This document shows, piece by piece, positions 36,776-45,960 of a stretch of 64,000 bases of DNA. The translations under genes and the position numbers were made by a program. Each line of letters opens with the position of its first letter. Positions within the stretch are counted from its first letter, which is position 1. The notes under the pieces were generated by a model that saw only the letters and a program-made list of their open reading frames with translations, ran no database searches and was not told where the DNA came from. Source of the stretch: a virus; the IMG/VR virus record IMGVR_UViG_3300036851_000385, positions 6,137 to 70,136 of that record. One strand, given 5' to 3'.

Positions 36776-36869
36776 CAGACGCCAGACGCCAGACGCCAGA
36801 CGCCAGTGAAGGAGGGACTGCCGGGAGACGGGCACTCCCTCCCCACTGGCGTCTGGCGTCTGGCGTCTG
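36776..36869. repeat. (CAGACGC)n palindromic element, copy 4
   Basis: (CAGACGC)4 CAGT, core, ACTG (GCGTCTG)3. Confidence 0.9.
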
Positions 36870-36881
36870 GGAACTGCCCTG

Positions 36882-37145
36882 ATGGCACTCGACACACAGA
36901 ACCGGCGTATGGCCGCACTCGGCGCGAGCCTTCTCTTTCGCGTCGTGCCCCCCGTACCGGACAATACGATCGGACCCCTCGACCGGCTGCAGCTTCTCGC
37001 GCTCTTCCGATTCGGCCTTGAGGCGGGTGGCGGCGGCGGGGAGGGCGAAGGCGTCGTGAACCCGATCGGCATCTTGCTCACGACGATGAATCCGATCGGC
37101 GTGCTCTTTGAAGACACCCTCCAGCCCATCGGAATAATTGAATGA
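36882..37145 (+). CDS. Putative virion protein
   Basis: MALDTQNRRMAA...PDNTIGPLDR. Confidence 0.6.
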   Translation: MALDTQNRRMAALGASLLFRVVPPVPDNTIGPLDRLQLLALFRFGLEAGGGGGEGEGVVNPIGILLTTMNPIGVLFEDTLQPIGIIE

Positions 37146-37513
37146 TCCCTCGCTATTCCCTGGAACTCACGCACAAGGCGCAGAACCAGTTCCGGTTCAA
37201 TGTCACGCGCGCAGGGATCGCCGAGGACCTCTCGACGTGGAGCAACCTGTGGTTTGCGGCAAAAAGGCGGGCAACCGATCCGGATGACCGGGTGATCTTC
37301 GAGAAGGTGCTCTTTGCCGGCGTAGAGATCATCGACGCGCCTACCGGATTGGTCGAGGTGACGCTTGAGCCGACTGACGGCGACGACCTCACGGAAGGCT
37401 CCCGCTACAACCTCCACGGCGATGTGGGCGGCACGGACGGCGACCTCAAGGTGTGGCAGTTGTTCACGCTGGCAATCACGCTCTATCCGCGCATCCGCCG
37501 GAGTAGCTTCTAG
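37142..37513 (+). CDS. BppU-N-like Ig-fold virion protein
   Basis: DLSTWSNLWFAAKR...IIDAPTGLVEVTLEPTD. Confidence 0.55.
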   Translation: MIPRYSLELTHKAQNQFRFNVTRAGIAEDLSTWSNLWFAAKRRATDPDDRVIFEKVLFAGVEIIDAPTGLVEVTLEPTDGDDLTEGSRYNLHGDVGGTDGDLKVWQLFTLAITLYPRIRRSSF

Positions 37514-38214
37514 TGTCGAAGCCCGAGTACCCCAGCGGCGCGGATGTCGAGCAGGTCATCGAGGGCCTGCGACTGTTCGACGTGGCCGACCTCGCCGAAG
37601 TGTTCGAGTTCATCGACACGGACGCCCTGGCGCTCGCCGCCGTCCACCAGTGGGAGACCGAGACCGGCTGGATCCCGTTCCTCGCCGACGTGGACGACGA
37701 CAACCCGGATCAGACGCGCTACTTCGATCCGCCCGGCCCAAATTCCCGCGGCGAAAGCATAGGCGGCGGCAACCACCTGATCCTCGACTGCGGCATCGTG
37801 GAACTCGTCACCGTACATACCGGTTGGTCTCCCACGTTTGCCGGCACGGCGGCCCTCGCCGGCACCGACTTTCGCCTCTGGCCATACAACGCGGACCCCC
37901 TCGATCGTCCGTGGACGGAGCTTCGGTTCAAAGTGCCCCAGTGGGGGCAGCCGCAGTCCATCAAGATCGTGGGGAGGTTCGGGTATGCGGCGACCGTGCG
38001 GGAGGACGTGTGGTTGGCGATCCTCCATCAGGGGGTGACGCTCGCGCTGCCGGAGGTGGCGACGAGGGTTACGGGGGGCATGGTCGAATGGAAAGAAGCC
38101 GATGCCTCCGAGCGGTACGGCGAGGCGTTCCTCTTCGGCGATAAGGGCGTGGGGAGTGCCTGGGGCCTTGAATGGTCTCGGACTGTGAATCGCTACCGCC
38201 GCGTGGTGATCTGA
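37513..38214 (+). CDS. Head-tail adaptor
   Basis: TRYFD...QSIKIVGRFGYAATVREDVWLAIL...YRRV. Confidence 0.65.
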   Translation: MSKPEYPSGADVEQVIEGLRLFDVADLAEVFEFIDTDALALAAVHQWETETGWIPFLADVDDDNPDQTRYFDPPGPNSRGESIGGGNHLILDCGIVELVTVHTGWSPTFAGTAALAGTDFRLWPYNADPLDRPWTELRFKVPQWGQPQSIKIVGRFGYAATVREDVWLAILHQGVTLALPEVATRVTGGMVEWKEADASERYGEAFLFGDKGVGSAWGLEWSRTVNRYRRVVI

Positions 38215-38636
38215 TGGCGTTGACCCCAAGACAGCGGATCCTCTACACGCACCGCGCGAACCTCTGGGCCAACACGCGCGCGAAGGACGCGCAGGGGCGG
38301 ATCACCGGCCATAGCTGGGCGCTCGTCGCCTCCAACATCCCTTGCTATTTCGTCTTTCGGCAGAGCACCGAAGCCCCCTCCGTGGCCGGAGGACTGGAGG
38401 CAGACAATTTTTTCAGCCGGGATGAAATCCACGTCGACGGAACGCTCGCGATCGACTCCGATATGGTGCTGAAGAACGTTACCCTTGACGCAGACGGCAG
38501 TCAAAGCGCGGCGTACGGGCGTTTCTGGGTTGTCGCCGGCCAGCCGCAGGCGGTGAGTAACCAGGGGCGGCGCAAGGCCCGCATGAAGGTCGTTCAGGCT
38601 GTCCAGATCGAGACGCCTCCGGTAGGGGTGAGCTGA
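38214..38636 (+). CDS. Head closure (stopper) protein
   Basis: Synteny after adaptor; beta-rich 140 aa. Confidence 0.55.
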   Translation: MALTPRQRILYTHRANLWANTRAKDAQGRITGHSWALVASNIPCYFVFRQSTEAPSVAGGLEADNFFSRDEIHVDGTLAIDSDMVLKNVTLDADGSQSAAYGRFWVVAGQPQAVSNQGRRKARMKVVQAVQIETPPVGVS

Positions 38637-39088
38637 TGGCGTTTGACCTCAATCTCATGATCTCTGAGATCAAGGAGGTCATGGCCGATACCTGGACGGA
38701 CACGGCACCGCCGGCCGGCGGGATCTGGGAAATCGATCAGCTTGCCTCCGTCTCGTTTGAAGAGGTTGGCGGGTTCCCGTACGGCGTGGTCGAGATCCCG
38801 CCGTCGGAAGATGCGGATTGGGGCCTGAGTAACGACGCGCAAGAAGTGGACGCTTCTTTTCACTACGTGGCGCGCGAAGACGCGGACCTCTCCACGCTCC
38901 GCGATCGGCTGGAAGAGCTGAAGTCGGCGCTCTTCGTCGCGACCTTTACCGGAATGAACGTGCTCCGGCGCTCCGGGACCGATTGGAGTGCGCGCCATCC
39001 GGCGAACCAGATCTTCATGGCGAAGAAGGTGCCGTACCGCGCCGGATCGCTGGTGATGCGGCTGAACTTCGGGGAGTCGGCGCTGTAG
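38636..39088 (+). CDS. Tail terminator-like protein
   Basis: FPYGVVEI motif, synteny. Confidence 0.5.
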   Translation: MAFDLNLMISEIKEVMADTWTDTAPPAGGIWEIDQLASVSFEEVGGFPYGVVEIPPSEDADWGLSNDAQEVDASFHYVAREDADLSTLRDRLEELKSALFVATFTGMNVLRRSGTDWSARHPANQIFMAKKVPYRAGSLVMRLNFGESAL

Positions 39089-39616
39089 ATGGGGCCGATC
39101 CTTGGCAGGGCGTTGGTCACTGCGGCAACGCAGGCGCTGCGAACCGCAGGGCGACGACGGATTACCGTGGCGTTCCGGCGGCGGCTCTATCTCAAGCTGG
39201 CCCAGGGTGTCGCGAAGAAAGCGCAGCAGCTTGATCGCGGCGTCAGGGAAGCGGAAGCCAAGAGCGCGGATGAGGCCCTTCGGATCGCTCGGGAACTCTC
39301 GTCCGGGCGCTTCTCCTTGGCACAACTGGCCCGGATGGGCCATCCCTACAGAATCGGCGGCGTGCCTCCGCAAGACGCCGCGATCGTGAACAAGCAAACA
39401 GGCGCTTTCTATCGCGGCTGGAGAGTCATCGGTCCTCGACAGCGCGGTGGCGATCTGGCGACAAAGTTGGTCAATGATTCCCCCCAGGCCGAGCGATTAA
39501 GCCGGGGCACCTCCCGAATGATTGCAAGACCTATCCTCACGCGCATCCGCGAGCGCGTCGAGGGCAAACGGCGCGCTCTCTACAAGGCTTCGATCCGCAA
39601 GGCACTTCGCTCCTAA
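39089..39616 (+). CDS. HK97 gp10-like tail completion protein
   Basis: VNKQTGAFYRGW...GTSRMIARPIL; basic. Confidence 0.65.
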   Translation: MGPILGRALVTAATQALRTAGRRRITVAFRRRLYLKLAQGVAKKAQQLDRGVREAEAKSADEALRIARELSSGRFSLAQLARMGHPYRIGGVPPQDAAIVNKQTGAFYRGWRVIGPRQRGGDLATKLVNDSPQAERLSRGTSRMIARPILTRIRERVEGKRRALYKASIRKALRS

Positions 39617-39622
39617 ACCACC

Positions 39623-40141
39623 ATGGCGATCCCTAACTGGCTGCTGGGCCGTCACGTTACGGCCGTACAGGCGCACGTCCAGACCTTAAACGAGTCGACG
39701 GGAGCGCTTGCCGACGTGACAACGCCAACCGCGAACGACCTGGCGAACGTCGTGCTGACGACCGGCTCCCATTCCTCCGGCACCATCGCCTTCACGACCG
39801 GGCTCTTGAACGACATTCGCCTTGTGTCGGACAAGGAGTCGGACAACATTGCCTCCGTCAACATGACGACTGCGCACCACGTAGGAATCAAAGTCGGGTA
39901 TACGATCACCTGCTCCGAAGTGCTCCGCTCCACCGCCGCCGCCTGCCTTCTTGCCAACATCTGGCACAACGGAACCAGCCGATACATTCGCTTTGACTAC
40001 GCCCGCGGCGGCAACAAATGGCGGGACTGGTACCTGATGGTTTCCTACTCCGAGACGACTGTTCGCGGAAAGAACGTCGGGACCATGACCCTTCAAAGCG
40101 TCGACAACGGCGGCGGCACCTACACCGCCGCTGACCGGTAA
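39623..40141 (+). CDS. Putative tail tube protein 1
   Basis: Synteny before chaperone; paralogous to next gene. Confidence 0.55.
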   Translation: MAIPNWLLGRHVTAVQAHVQTLNESTGALADVTTPTANDLANVVLTTGSHSSGTIAFTTGLLNDIRLVSDKESDNIASVNMTTAHHVGIKVGYTITCSEVLRSTAAACLLANIWHNGTSRYIRFDYARGGNKWRDWYLMVSYSETTVRGKNVGTMTLQSVDNGGGTYTAADR

Positions 40142-40148
40142 CGCGGCA

Positions 40149-40607
40149 ATGGCAACCATTCCCCTCTGGCTGATCGGGCGCAACGTGACCTCTGTCGTCA
40201 TCACTCCCCTGGTGGCCGATTCTGCCGGGCTCCTCTCGGCGGCGGCCCTCGGCGCCCAGACGGTGACGGCGATCGTGGATGAGATCCAGTACTCCGGTGC
40301 GACGACCACCCAGGAGATTTCAGCCCTCACTTCGCGCAGGCGCAATGAAGTACCCCTCGAACGCGACGACCAGCTCGTTTTTACGGAAATCTGTCGGAGC
40401 GCTGCCGGATCGGTCATCGCCGCCGCGATCTGGACGGCGGCCGATCTGCCTGATTGGGCGTTGTTCCAGGCGACCCGTGGCGGCAACTCCGTGGCTTTTT
40501 ACGGACTTGCCACCCGGTACGAAGAAGACGTTCAGAAGGGGAAGAGTGTGGCGCGGATCACCCTCCGGATCGTAAACGCCGCCGTCACCAATCCCGCCTA
40601 CACCTGA
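40149..40607 (+). CDS. Putative tail tube protein 2 (paralog)
   Basis: MATIPLWLIGRNVTSV versus MAIPNWLLGRHVTAV; RGGN conserved. Confidence 0.55.
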   Translation: MATIPLWLIGRNVTSVVITPLVADSAGLLSAAALGAQTVTAIVDEIQYSGATTTQEISALTSRRRNEVPLERDDQLVFTEICRSAAGSVIAAAIWTAADLPDWALFQATRGGNSVAFYGLATRYEEDVQKGKSVARITLRIVNAAVTNPAYT

Positions 40608-40608
40608 T

Positions 40609-41106
40609 ATGCAGAAGATCAACCCTTATGATCTCCCCCGGCCATCGCGGCCTGTGGAAGAGCGAGTCTTCGATGCCGATGGCGTCTCCGTGGTGATCGC
40701 CTTCCGCCGGCCCGACGCCGCCGATATGAACATGGCGGCCGAGGTCGCCAAGCGGCTCACGAAGGACTACATCACCGGCTATCCGGAGGAAGGTACGCCG
40801 CCGGCCGAGTTCTTCGATGGGATCAAGGTCTCCGAAGCGCTCTTCATGCTGGCCGCCACCGGCCAGGAGATGCAGCCGCCGGAAAAGAAGGTCTACACTG
40901 CCGAGGAGTTCGTGATGCTCATGGACCGCCTGGAGACAGACGGCGTTCGCATCGCGCGCTGGATCAACGAGAAGCAGCAGGATTGGCGGCGCCACCAGGG
41001 AAACGGGTCCGGAGCGCCTACGGAGACCTCCTCCGAAGCGCGCTCCGCCTCCACCCCGAGCATCCCGAGATCACCTTCCGCCGCGACCACCTCCTCCGAA
41101 GCCTGA
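40609..41106 (+). CDS. Tail assembly chaperone (G)
   Basis: Precedes tape measure; slippery G GGA AAC at 40998-41004. Confidence 0.7.
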   Translation: MQKINPYDLPRPSRPVEERVFDADGVSVVIAFRRPDAADMNMAAEVAKRLTKDYITGYPEEGTPPAEFFDGIKVSEALFMLAATGQEMQPPEKKVYTAEEFVMLMDRLETDGVRIARWINEKQQDWRRHQGNGSGAPTETSSEARSASTPSIPRSPSAATTSSEA

Positions 41107-41276
41107 ACCTTCGCATGGGTGCCTGGCTCACCGCAGAGGGCGTTGAGGACCCCGGTGCCGATATCGACCCCCTCACCCCCGACTATCTCTCCGAACTCCT
41201 GGCCTTCAACGAGGTCGACGCCGAAGAGATCGACAACCGCCCGCCTCCGTCCATGACCGTCCCATCCGAGGAGTAG
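40998..41276 (+). CDS. Tail assembly chaperone -1 frameshift extension (GT)
   Basis: -1 frame GKRVRSAYGDLL... is open to 41276, adjacent to tape measure ATG. Confidence 0.7.
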   Translation, partial: GKRVRSAYGDLLRSALRLHPEHPEITFRRDHLLRSLNLRMGAWLTAEGVEDPGADIDPLTPDYLSELLAFNEVDAEEIDNRPPPSMTVPSEE

Positions 41277-42116
41277 ATGGCCGAGCGCTTTGAGATCGAC
41301 CTGGGCGTGGCCGACGTTCTGCGCGACTTCGCCCAGCTGCGCGATGTCCTGGGATCCTCATCGTCGACCGCCGGGGAGTTGTCGCTCTTGGGCGGGGGCT
41401 TAGGGATAGGAGACATCCGCGGCGCGGCAGAGGCCCTCCATCGCGCCACTCTCTCCGGCCAGGGGATGGCGACCGCCGCGCGTTTTGGTCTCCAGATCCG
41501 GCCCAACGAAATCGGCTTCGCCACGGATCGCGGCGCGATGCTCATGCAAGCGCTGGAAGGACTGCGCGCCACAGCGCGCGGACCGGGCGGAATGAGTGCG
41601 GCCATCGCCGACGCGCGCAACCTGAACCTTGAGGATTGGCTGGGCGTGGTCTACCTGATGGACGAGCAATTCCAGCGGATCAAGGAGGAGGCGCTTGCCA
41701 CGGCAGACATTTACTCCCCCGACCGGATCGCCGCGGCAACAATGCTCAACTTCGAGACCGCGAGACTGAACATGGCCTGGAAGGATCTCACGGTGACGAT
41801 CGGCAGCCTCGTCGTGCCGGTTCTCGCCGACTTCGTGGGCTGGCTCGCCGACATCGCCCGCTGGGGCTCCTCCGTGGGGAACGAGGCCACCGGCGCGTCC
41901 ACGAGTGGAGGTTCTCTTTCGCAGTCGATGAACAACCTCGGTCGCGCCATCGATCGGAACACCTCCGTGCTTCGGCAGACTGCCGGAATGTGGGGGGGCG
42001 GTCCGCGCGCGGCCGGCGCGATCCCCGGCGCGTTTGGTCCTGGCCGGGGCTTTATGATCGACGACAACATCCGCGCCCTCGCCAAAGGGCTGGGCGCCTA
42101 CTCCGTGAACTTCTGA
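41277..42116 (+). CDS. Short tape measure protein
   Basis: Follows G/GT chaperone; Ala/Gly-rich helical, LNMAWKDLTVTIGSLVVPVL. Confidence 0.6.
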   Translation: MAERFEIDLGVADVLRDFAQLRDVLGSSSSTAGELSLLGGGLGIGDIRGAAEALHRATLSGQGMATAARFGLQIRPNEIGFATDRGAMLMQALEGLRATARGPGGMSAAIADARNLNLEDWLGVVYLMDEQFQRIKEEALATADIYSPDRIAAATMLNFETARLNMAWKDLTVTIGSLVVPVLADFVGWLADIARWGSSVGNEATGASTSGGSLSQSMNNLGRAIDRNTSVLRQTAGMWGGGPRAAGAIPGAFGPGRGFMIDDNIRALAKGLGAYSVNF

Positions 42117-44797
42117 TGTCCTCCGCAGCACACACGATTGGCGCGCTCACACGCCACAGAACCACCTCAGTCCGTTGGGACGTGGCCGAAACGGTGCTGG
42201 TCGAAACGGCCAACATCTGGCGCCGGGAAGGGAAGGAGATATTCCCCGAGGATCTGGAAAACCTGGAGAAGCTAGGAAGCGGTGTCTGGGTTATCAGACC
42301 AGAAAACGACCTGGCTTTCCTCCACGAGCGAGAGAGCGCGCACCAGTACATCATGAGGTTGGAGCAGTTCAATGCGAGCCCTCTCCTCGTGGAGTATCCG
42401 GCGCAGCGTGTTGCGAGCGAGCTCCTCGATGTGGACGCCTCCGCCGATGTCGCCGCTTCCGGAGACTGGTACATCACGAAGCGGATTCCGGCCGGAGAGA
42501 GCTGGGAGCAGCCCCTCTCTCCGGTCGAAGCCGGCCCCGTCGTGAACTCCCCGCACTACCCTCTCGACACGATGATGATGGGACCGCGAACGGGCTCCCT
42601 GGAACCCAATTCCGGATTCATTATCAAGGTTTTGATCCCTGGCGGCTTCCTACAAACAGGCGATTACTTGTTCTCTTTTCGATTTGGCGGCGAATTGATT
42701 GGTTCCGCCTCCCCTCCGCTGAACACCGGCTTCGGGCGCTTTGAGATGATCCTCTCCGGCTCGGGGACGATCTTCCTGTATGAGAAGATCTCAGGAAGCT
42801 GGGAGAAGGTCGCTGAGTGGCAATCCTCCGCCTACAAAGACCTCTCCGGCTCCGCTCTGATTTTCCGCGTGTTGCCGCACTTCCCACGCTACATCGAATT
42901 TCGCACCTTCGCTTCCGTGGGTGTCCAGTCCAGTCTGCAGGAACTCCACGCGCCCGGCATCATCGGCGCCATCGCCACCACCGGCCGTCACATCACGATC
43001 CATGAGCACACTCACATCGTCGAGAACCGCGGCTCGCAGGCGACCTTCGGCGGCAGCGTGTTCCTGCGCCCTATCACCGGCGAAGGACCGATCGTCATCC
43101 GCGTCAGGAGGGATTTACGCCTAGCCTGGCAGGTTGCTAGATTGGCATTTAGGCAGCAGGGGGTTTTGACCGACAGGGCGTTCCGGGTACCGTACGGCGT
43201 GGCCGACGCGAAGATCCTGCGGATCCACGCCAAGGGCTACAATCAGCAAGTCTCCATCGATCCGTCGACGGCGCTGACCACTATGACGGCGATCGTGGAG
43301 GAAGCGGACGGAACAGCGCTCACACCCGCGAGCGAATCGGTAACGCTGAACGGCCAGAGTTTTGCCTTCACGGGATTCTTTCCGCCGGGAGGGAGCAACA
43401 AATGCCGCGCCGTGATAACGCTCACCTCGCTGCAGGTGGCAGGAGCGCGCTGGCACTCTCCGGCGCTGGAAGCGTATCACGTCGTCCGGAACCCGCACAC
43501 GGTCACGCTCACGACGACGGAGAACACCAACGGCGAGGTGCAATCGGTCTCGATCCAGGGCGCCGGCTATCATCCAGAGCATGAGGCGGCCACCCTGGTT
43601 GTCGATGACCCCCGGAACCTGCTCACGACGGTCCGGAACCGCAAGACCCCAGTCATCATCGAAACGACTTATAACTCCGGAGGGGTAGACAAAAGCATCA
43701 TCTTCCGCGGCTATACGGGGCGCGTCACAGCCTCGCAGCGCGGCAAGATCGGTACGACCTATCCCTCCCCCGACTGGCGACAGTTGAACTGTGAGCTGGT
43801 CGGTATGTGGGATCGGCTCTCCGCAAACCGCTTCTGGCATCAGCAGATCAACCTGGCCGACGCGACGACCTCGCTTCGTGGCGGTGTGGGGAACTCCCGC
43901 GTGCCCTGGTACGTCACGGATTTTATCCGCGAGGCCATCTGGATGAGCGGGTTTCCTGACGCCCAGATCAACGTGCCCCACGTCGACCTGCGCTTCTTCC
44001 TGCCGAAGAACTCGGACACCACCGACGGCTTCGTGATCCCACCAGGAACCAATCTTGCGGAGCTACTCGTCTCCGTCGCGAGAGACTACCTCAACCATTA
44101 TTTAGTGTTCTGTCCGAATGCAGGGGCTGACGGGCAGTGGAGATTACTCTCGCCGCCTACCGGCGCGGAGACCCCGCTGTGGACGTTCACGCTGGAGGCC
44201 GCAGCCGCAGGGAAGCTCGCGCACCTGGCCGCCTCCTACGGATCGAATATCTCCCCCATCCTATCAATCGAGGGCTCGGATTATCGCAGTTTTACCGTTC
44301 CGCCGGAGGGAAACGCGCTCACTGTGACGGGTCGGACCCAACCCGCGAGCCAGGGTGCGCTTGAAGCGCTCCAGCAGCAAGACATGAATTTCCGCTCGTT
44401 CCGCGCGCCCGGCTTCACCTCACAAGCCGATCCGACCTCGATTGATTGGCTAGGTTACATAAAGCCGATTGAATACTCCGATCCGACGTTGGAGACGCAA
44501 GGTGCGGTCAATTTCGTTACCCGCAGAATCGCAAATTTAGCACTGTACGGACGGCGGATGCACAGCTTCACCGCACAGGCCGTACTTGTGAACGCCGCGG
44601 CGGTGGAGCCCACCGTCTACACAACGCGGACCCACCGGCCGCTGCGTGCCGGCGACGTGTGCGGCTTGAAGGACCGGGCCGGCACAACCACAAAATGCGT
44701 GATTCACTCCGCAAACATCTACTATGAAAAATCGCACGCGATGAGCGCCTTCTATGAAATGGAAGAGCTTCGCGTCGGAGCGACGATCCCCAGATGA
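42116..44797 (+). CDS. Large tail tip / baseplate hub protein
   Basis: 893 aa after tape measure; IIFRGYTG...CELVGMWDRL hub-like segment. Confidence 0.65.
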   Translation: MSSAAHTIGALTRHRTTSVRWDVAETVLVETANIWRREGKEIFPEDLENLEKLGSGVWVIRPENDLAFLHERESAHQYIMRLEQFNASPLLVEYPAQRVASELLDVDASADVAASGDWYITKRIPAGESWEQPLSPVEAGPVVNSPHYPLDTMMMGPRTGSLEPNSGFIIKVLIPGGFLQTGDYLFSFRFGGELIGSASPPLNTGFGRFEMILSGSGTIFLYEKISGSWEKVAEWQSSAYKDLSGSALIFRVLPHFPRYIEFRTFASVGVQSSLQELHAPGIIGAIATTGRHITIHEHTHIVENRGSQATFGGSVFLRPITGEGPIVIRVRRDLRLAWQVARLAFRQQGVLTDRAFRVPYGVADAKILRIHAKGYNQQVSIDPSTALTTMTAIVEEADGTALTPASESVTLNGQSFAFTGFFPPGGSNKCRAVITLTSLQVAGARWHSPALEAYHVVRNPHTVTLTTTENTNGEVQSVSIQGAGYHPEHEAATLVVDDPRNLLTTVRNRKTPVIIETTYNSGGVDKSIIFRGYTGRVTASQRGKIGTTYPSPDWRQLNCELVGMWDRLSANRFWHQQINLADATTSLRGGVGNSRVPWYVTDFIREAIWMSGFPDAQINVPHVDLRFFLPKNSDTTDGFVIPPGTNLAELLVSVARDYLNHYLVFCPNAGADGQWRLLSPPTGAETPLWTFTLEAAAAGKLAHLAASYGSNISPILSIEGSDYRSFTVPPEGNALTVTGRTQPASQGALEALQQQDMNFRSFRAPGFTSQADPTSIDWLGYIKPIEYSDPTLETQGAVNFVTRRIANLALYGRRMHSFTAQAVLVNAAAVEPTVYTTRTHRPLRAGDVCGLKDRAGTTTKCVIHSANIYYEKSHAMSAFYEMEELRVGATIPR

Positions 44798-45033
44798 GAA
44801 GCCATCAACTCTTAAGGCGAGTCGTTCAGGAGGAGACGCGCGCGGCGCTCGGGATCAATCCGGCCGGCGAGCGGCGGTTCCTGTCGCAGTCCCACGCCGC
44901 GCCGCTGGATGCCCAGGTTGCGCGCCTGCCAGTGAACATCACGGAGCTGGATCCCCTGCGTGATTACGCAACGGGGATCTGGTTCGCCATGTTCGATTTC
45001 AGCCAATTCGACGGTTCGGATATTTTTGCCTAA
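44794..45033 (+). CDS. Small tail-associated protein
   Basis: ATGA overlap; C-terminal FDFSQFDGSDIFA. Confidence 0.6.
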   Translation: MRSHQLLRRVVQEETRAALGINPAGERRFLSQSHAAPLDAQVARLPVNITELDPLRDYATGIWFAMFDFSQFDGSDIFA

Positions 45034-45320
45034 CTGGGAGAGCGGAGCAGGAAGGCGACGACCACGAACAGCACGAAGGCGACGACGAGGCCGGCCAGCC
45101 AACCGGTGAGCGCCCACATCAGACGCAAGCCGCCTACGCCAGGCAAGGGCTCTCCGGCGCGGTCTTCCATCCGCCGGGCGTCTTCGAGGTAAAGATAGTT
45201 CGCGACGAGCCCAGGGAACCACAGGAAGCAGTACAGCACCATCACCACGACGCAGGCGAATGTGTAGGAGTGCTGTCGAGCGAGGGCGCGGTCGAGATCA
45301 TAGGGCGGCAGGTTGCTCAT
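45030..45320 (-). CDS. Two-TM membrane protein (moron-like)
   Basis: Own extended -10 TGCTATAAT 7 nt before ATG; LYCFLWFPGLVANYLYL. Confidence 0.7.
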   Translation of the reverse strand: MSNLPPYDLDRALARQHSYTFACVVVMVLYCFLWFPGLVANYLYLEDARRMEDRAGEPLPGVGGLRLMWALTGWLAGLVVAFVLFVVVAFLLRSPS

Positions 45321-45327
45321 ACCACCT

Positions 45328-45336
45328 ATTATAGCA
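45328..45336 (-). promoter_or_regulatory. Extended -10 promoter for a leaderless mRNA
   Basis: TGCTATAAT on minus strand in an AT-rich gap. Confidence 0.6.
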
Positions 45337-45561
45337 CTTCGGCTCGCTTGTTGTTCAGGCAACAAACTATCGAAAATTATGTGAAAACATTCTGAAAATA
45401 GGCGCGTTTTAGGGGAGAATGGAGGAGGAGCGACCACGCGAGGGGGCGAACTGTCCACCAGACCCCAGACAGAGGCACGGCTCTCTGCCGGGTACGGCAA
45501 ACGGCCGACGTGGAGATGGCGTCTCCCCGCCGGCCAGTGTGTAGTCGAATGGAGCGACCAC

Positions 45562-45960
45562 ATGGCACATGTTCCCTCTCCCGAGGCAGCGATTCCTCCG
45601 CCCGCCTCCTCCTTCCGCTTCGCCCTGTACCACGACGGGGCCTTCCTGTGCGAGCCTACGGCCGGGGGCCGGGGGCTCTACATCGTTCACGAGACCGGCT
45701 GCTCCTGCAGCGCCTGGCACTCCGGCGAGCGCCCCTGCTGTCACCAGATCCAGCTTGGGATCCAGCTCATCACCGAAGGCATGAAGCTGGTCAACCGGGG
45801 TCTCTCGCTGACCGGCGACGACGAGGACATCCCGATCGTACTGGCCGGCAGTAGCGAACCGGCATCGCGCTGTCCCAGGTGCGCCAGCAGGCTCTACGAG
45901 TATCCCGATGCCGTCCGGTGTCAAGGGGAGGCGTGCGGCTACTGGAGGATCCTGCGATGA
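45562..45960 (+). CDS. SWIM zinc finger plus Zn ribbon protein
   Basis: YIV...CSC...CCH; CPRC and CGYW; GGAG RBS. Confidence 0.7.
   Translation: MAHVPSPEAAIPPPASSFRFALYHDGAFLCEPTAGGRGLYIVHETGCSCSAWHSGERPCCHQIQLGIQLITEGMKLVNRGLSLTGDDEDIPIVLAGSSEPASRCPRCASRLYEYPDAVRCQGEACGYWRILR

Noticed and set aside
29874-36869. CRISPR array interpretation of the recurring repeats
   Set aside because: Copies are 0.3-3.4 kb apart, separated by whole genes, and built from tandem heptamers; no spacer periodicity and no cas genes seen
41636-42115. N-terminal 160 aa of the 1053-aa ORF
   Set aside because: Arg-rich out-of-frame overlap with the tape measure; ATG at 42116 couples to its stop
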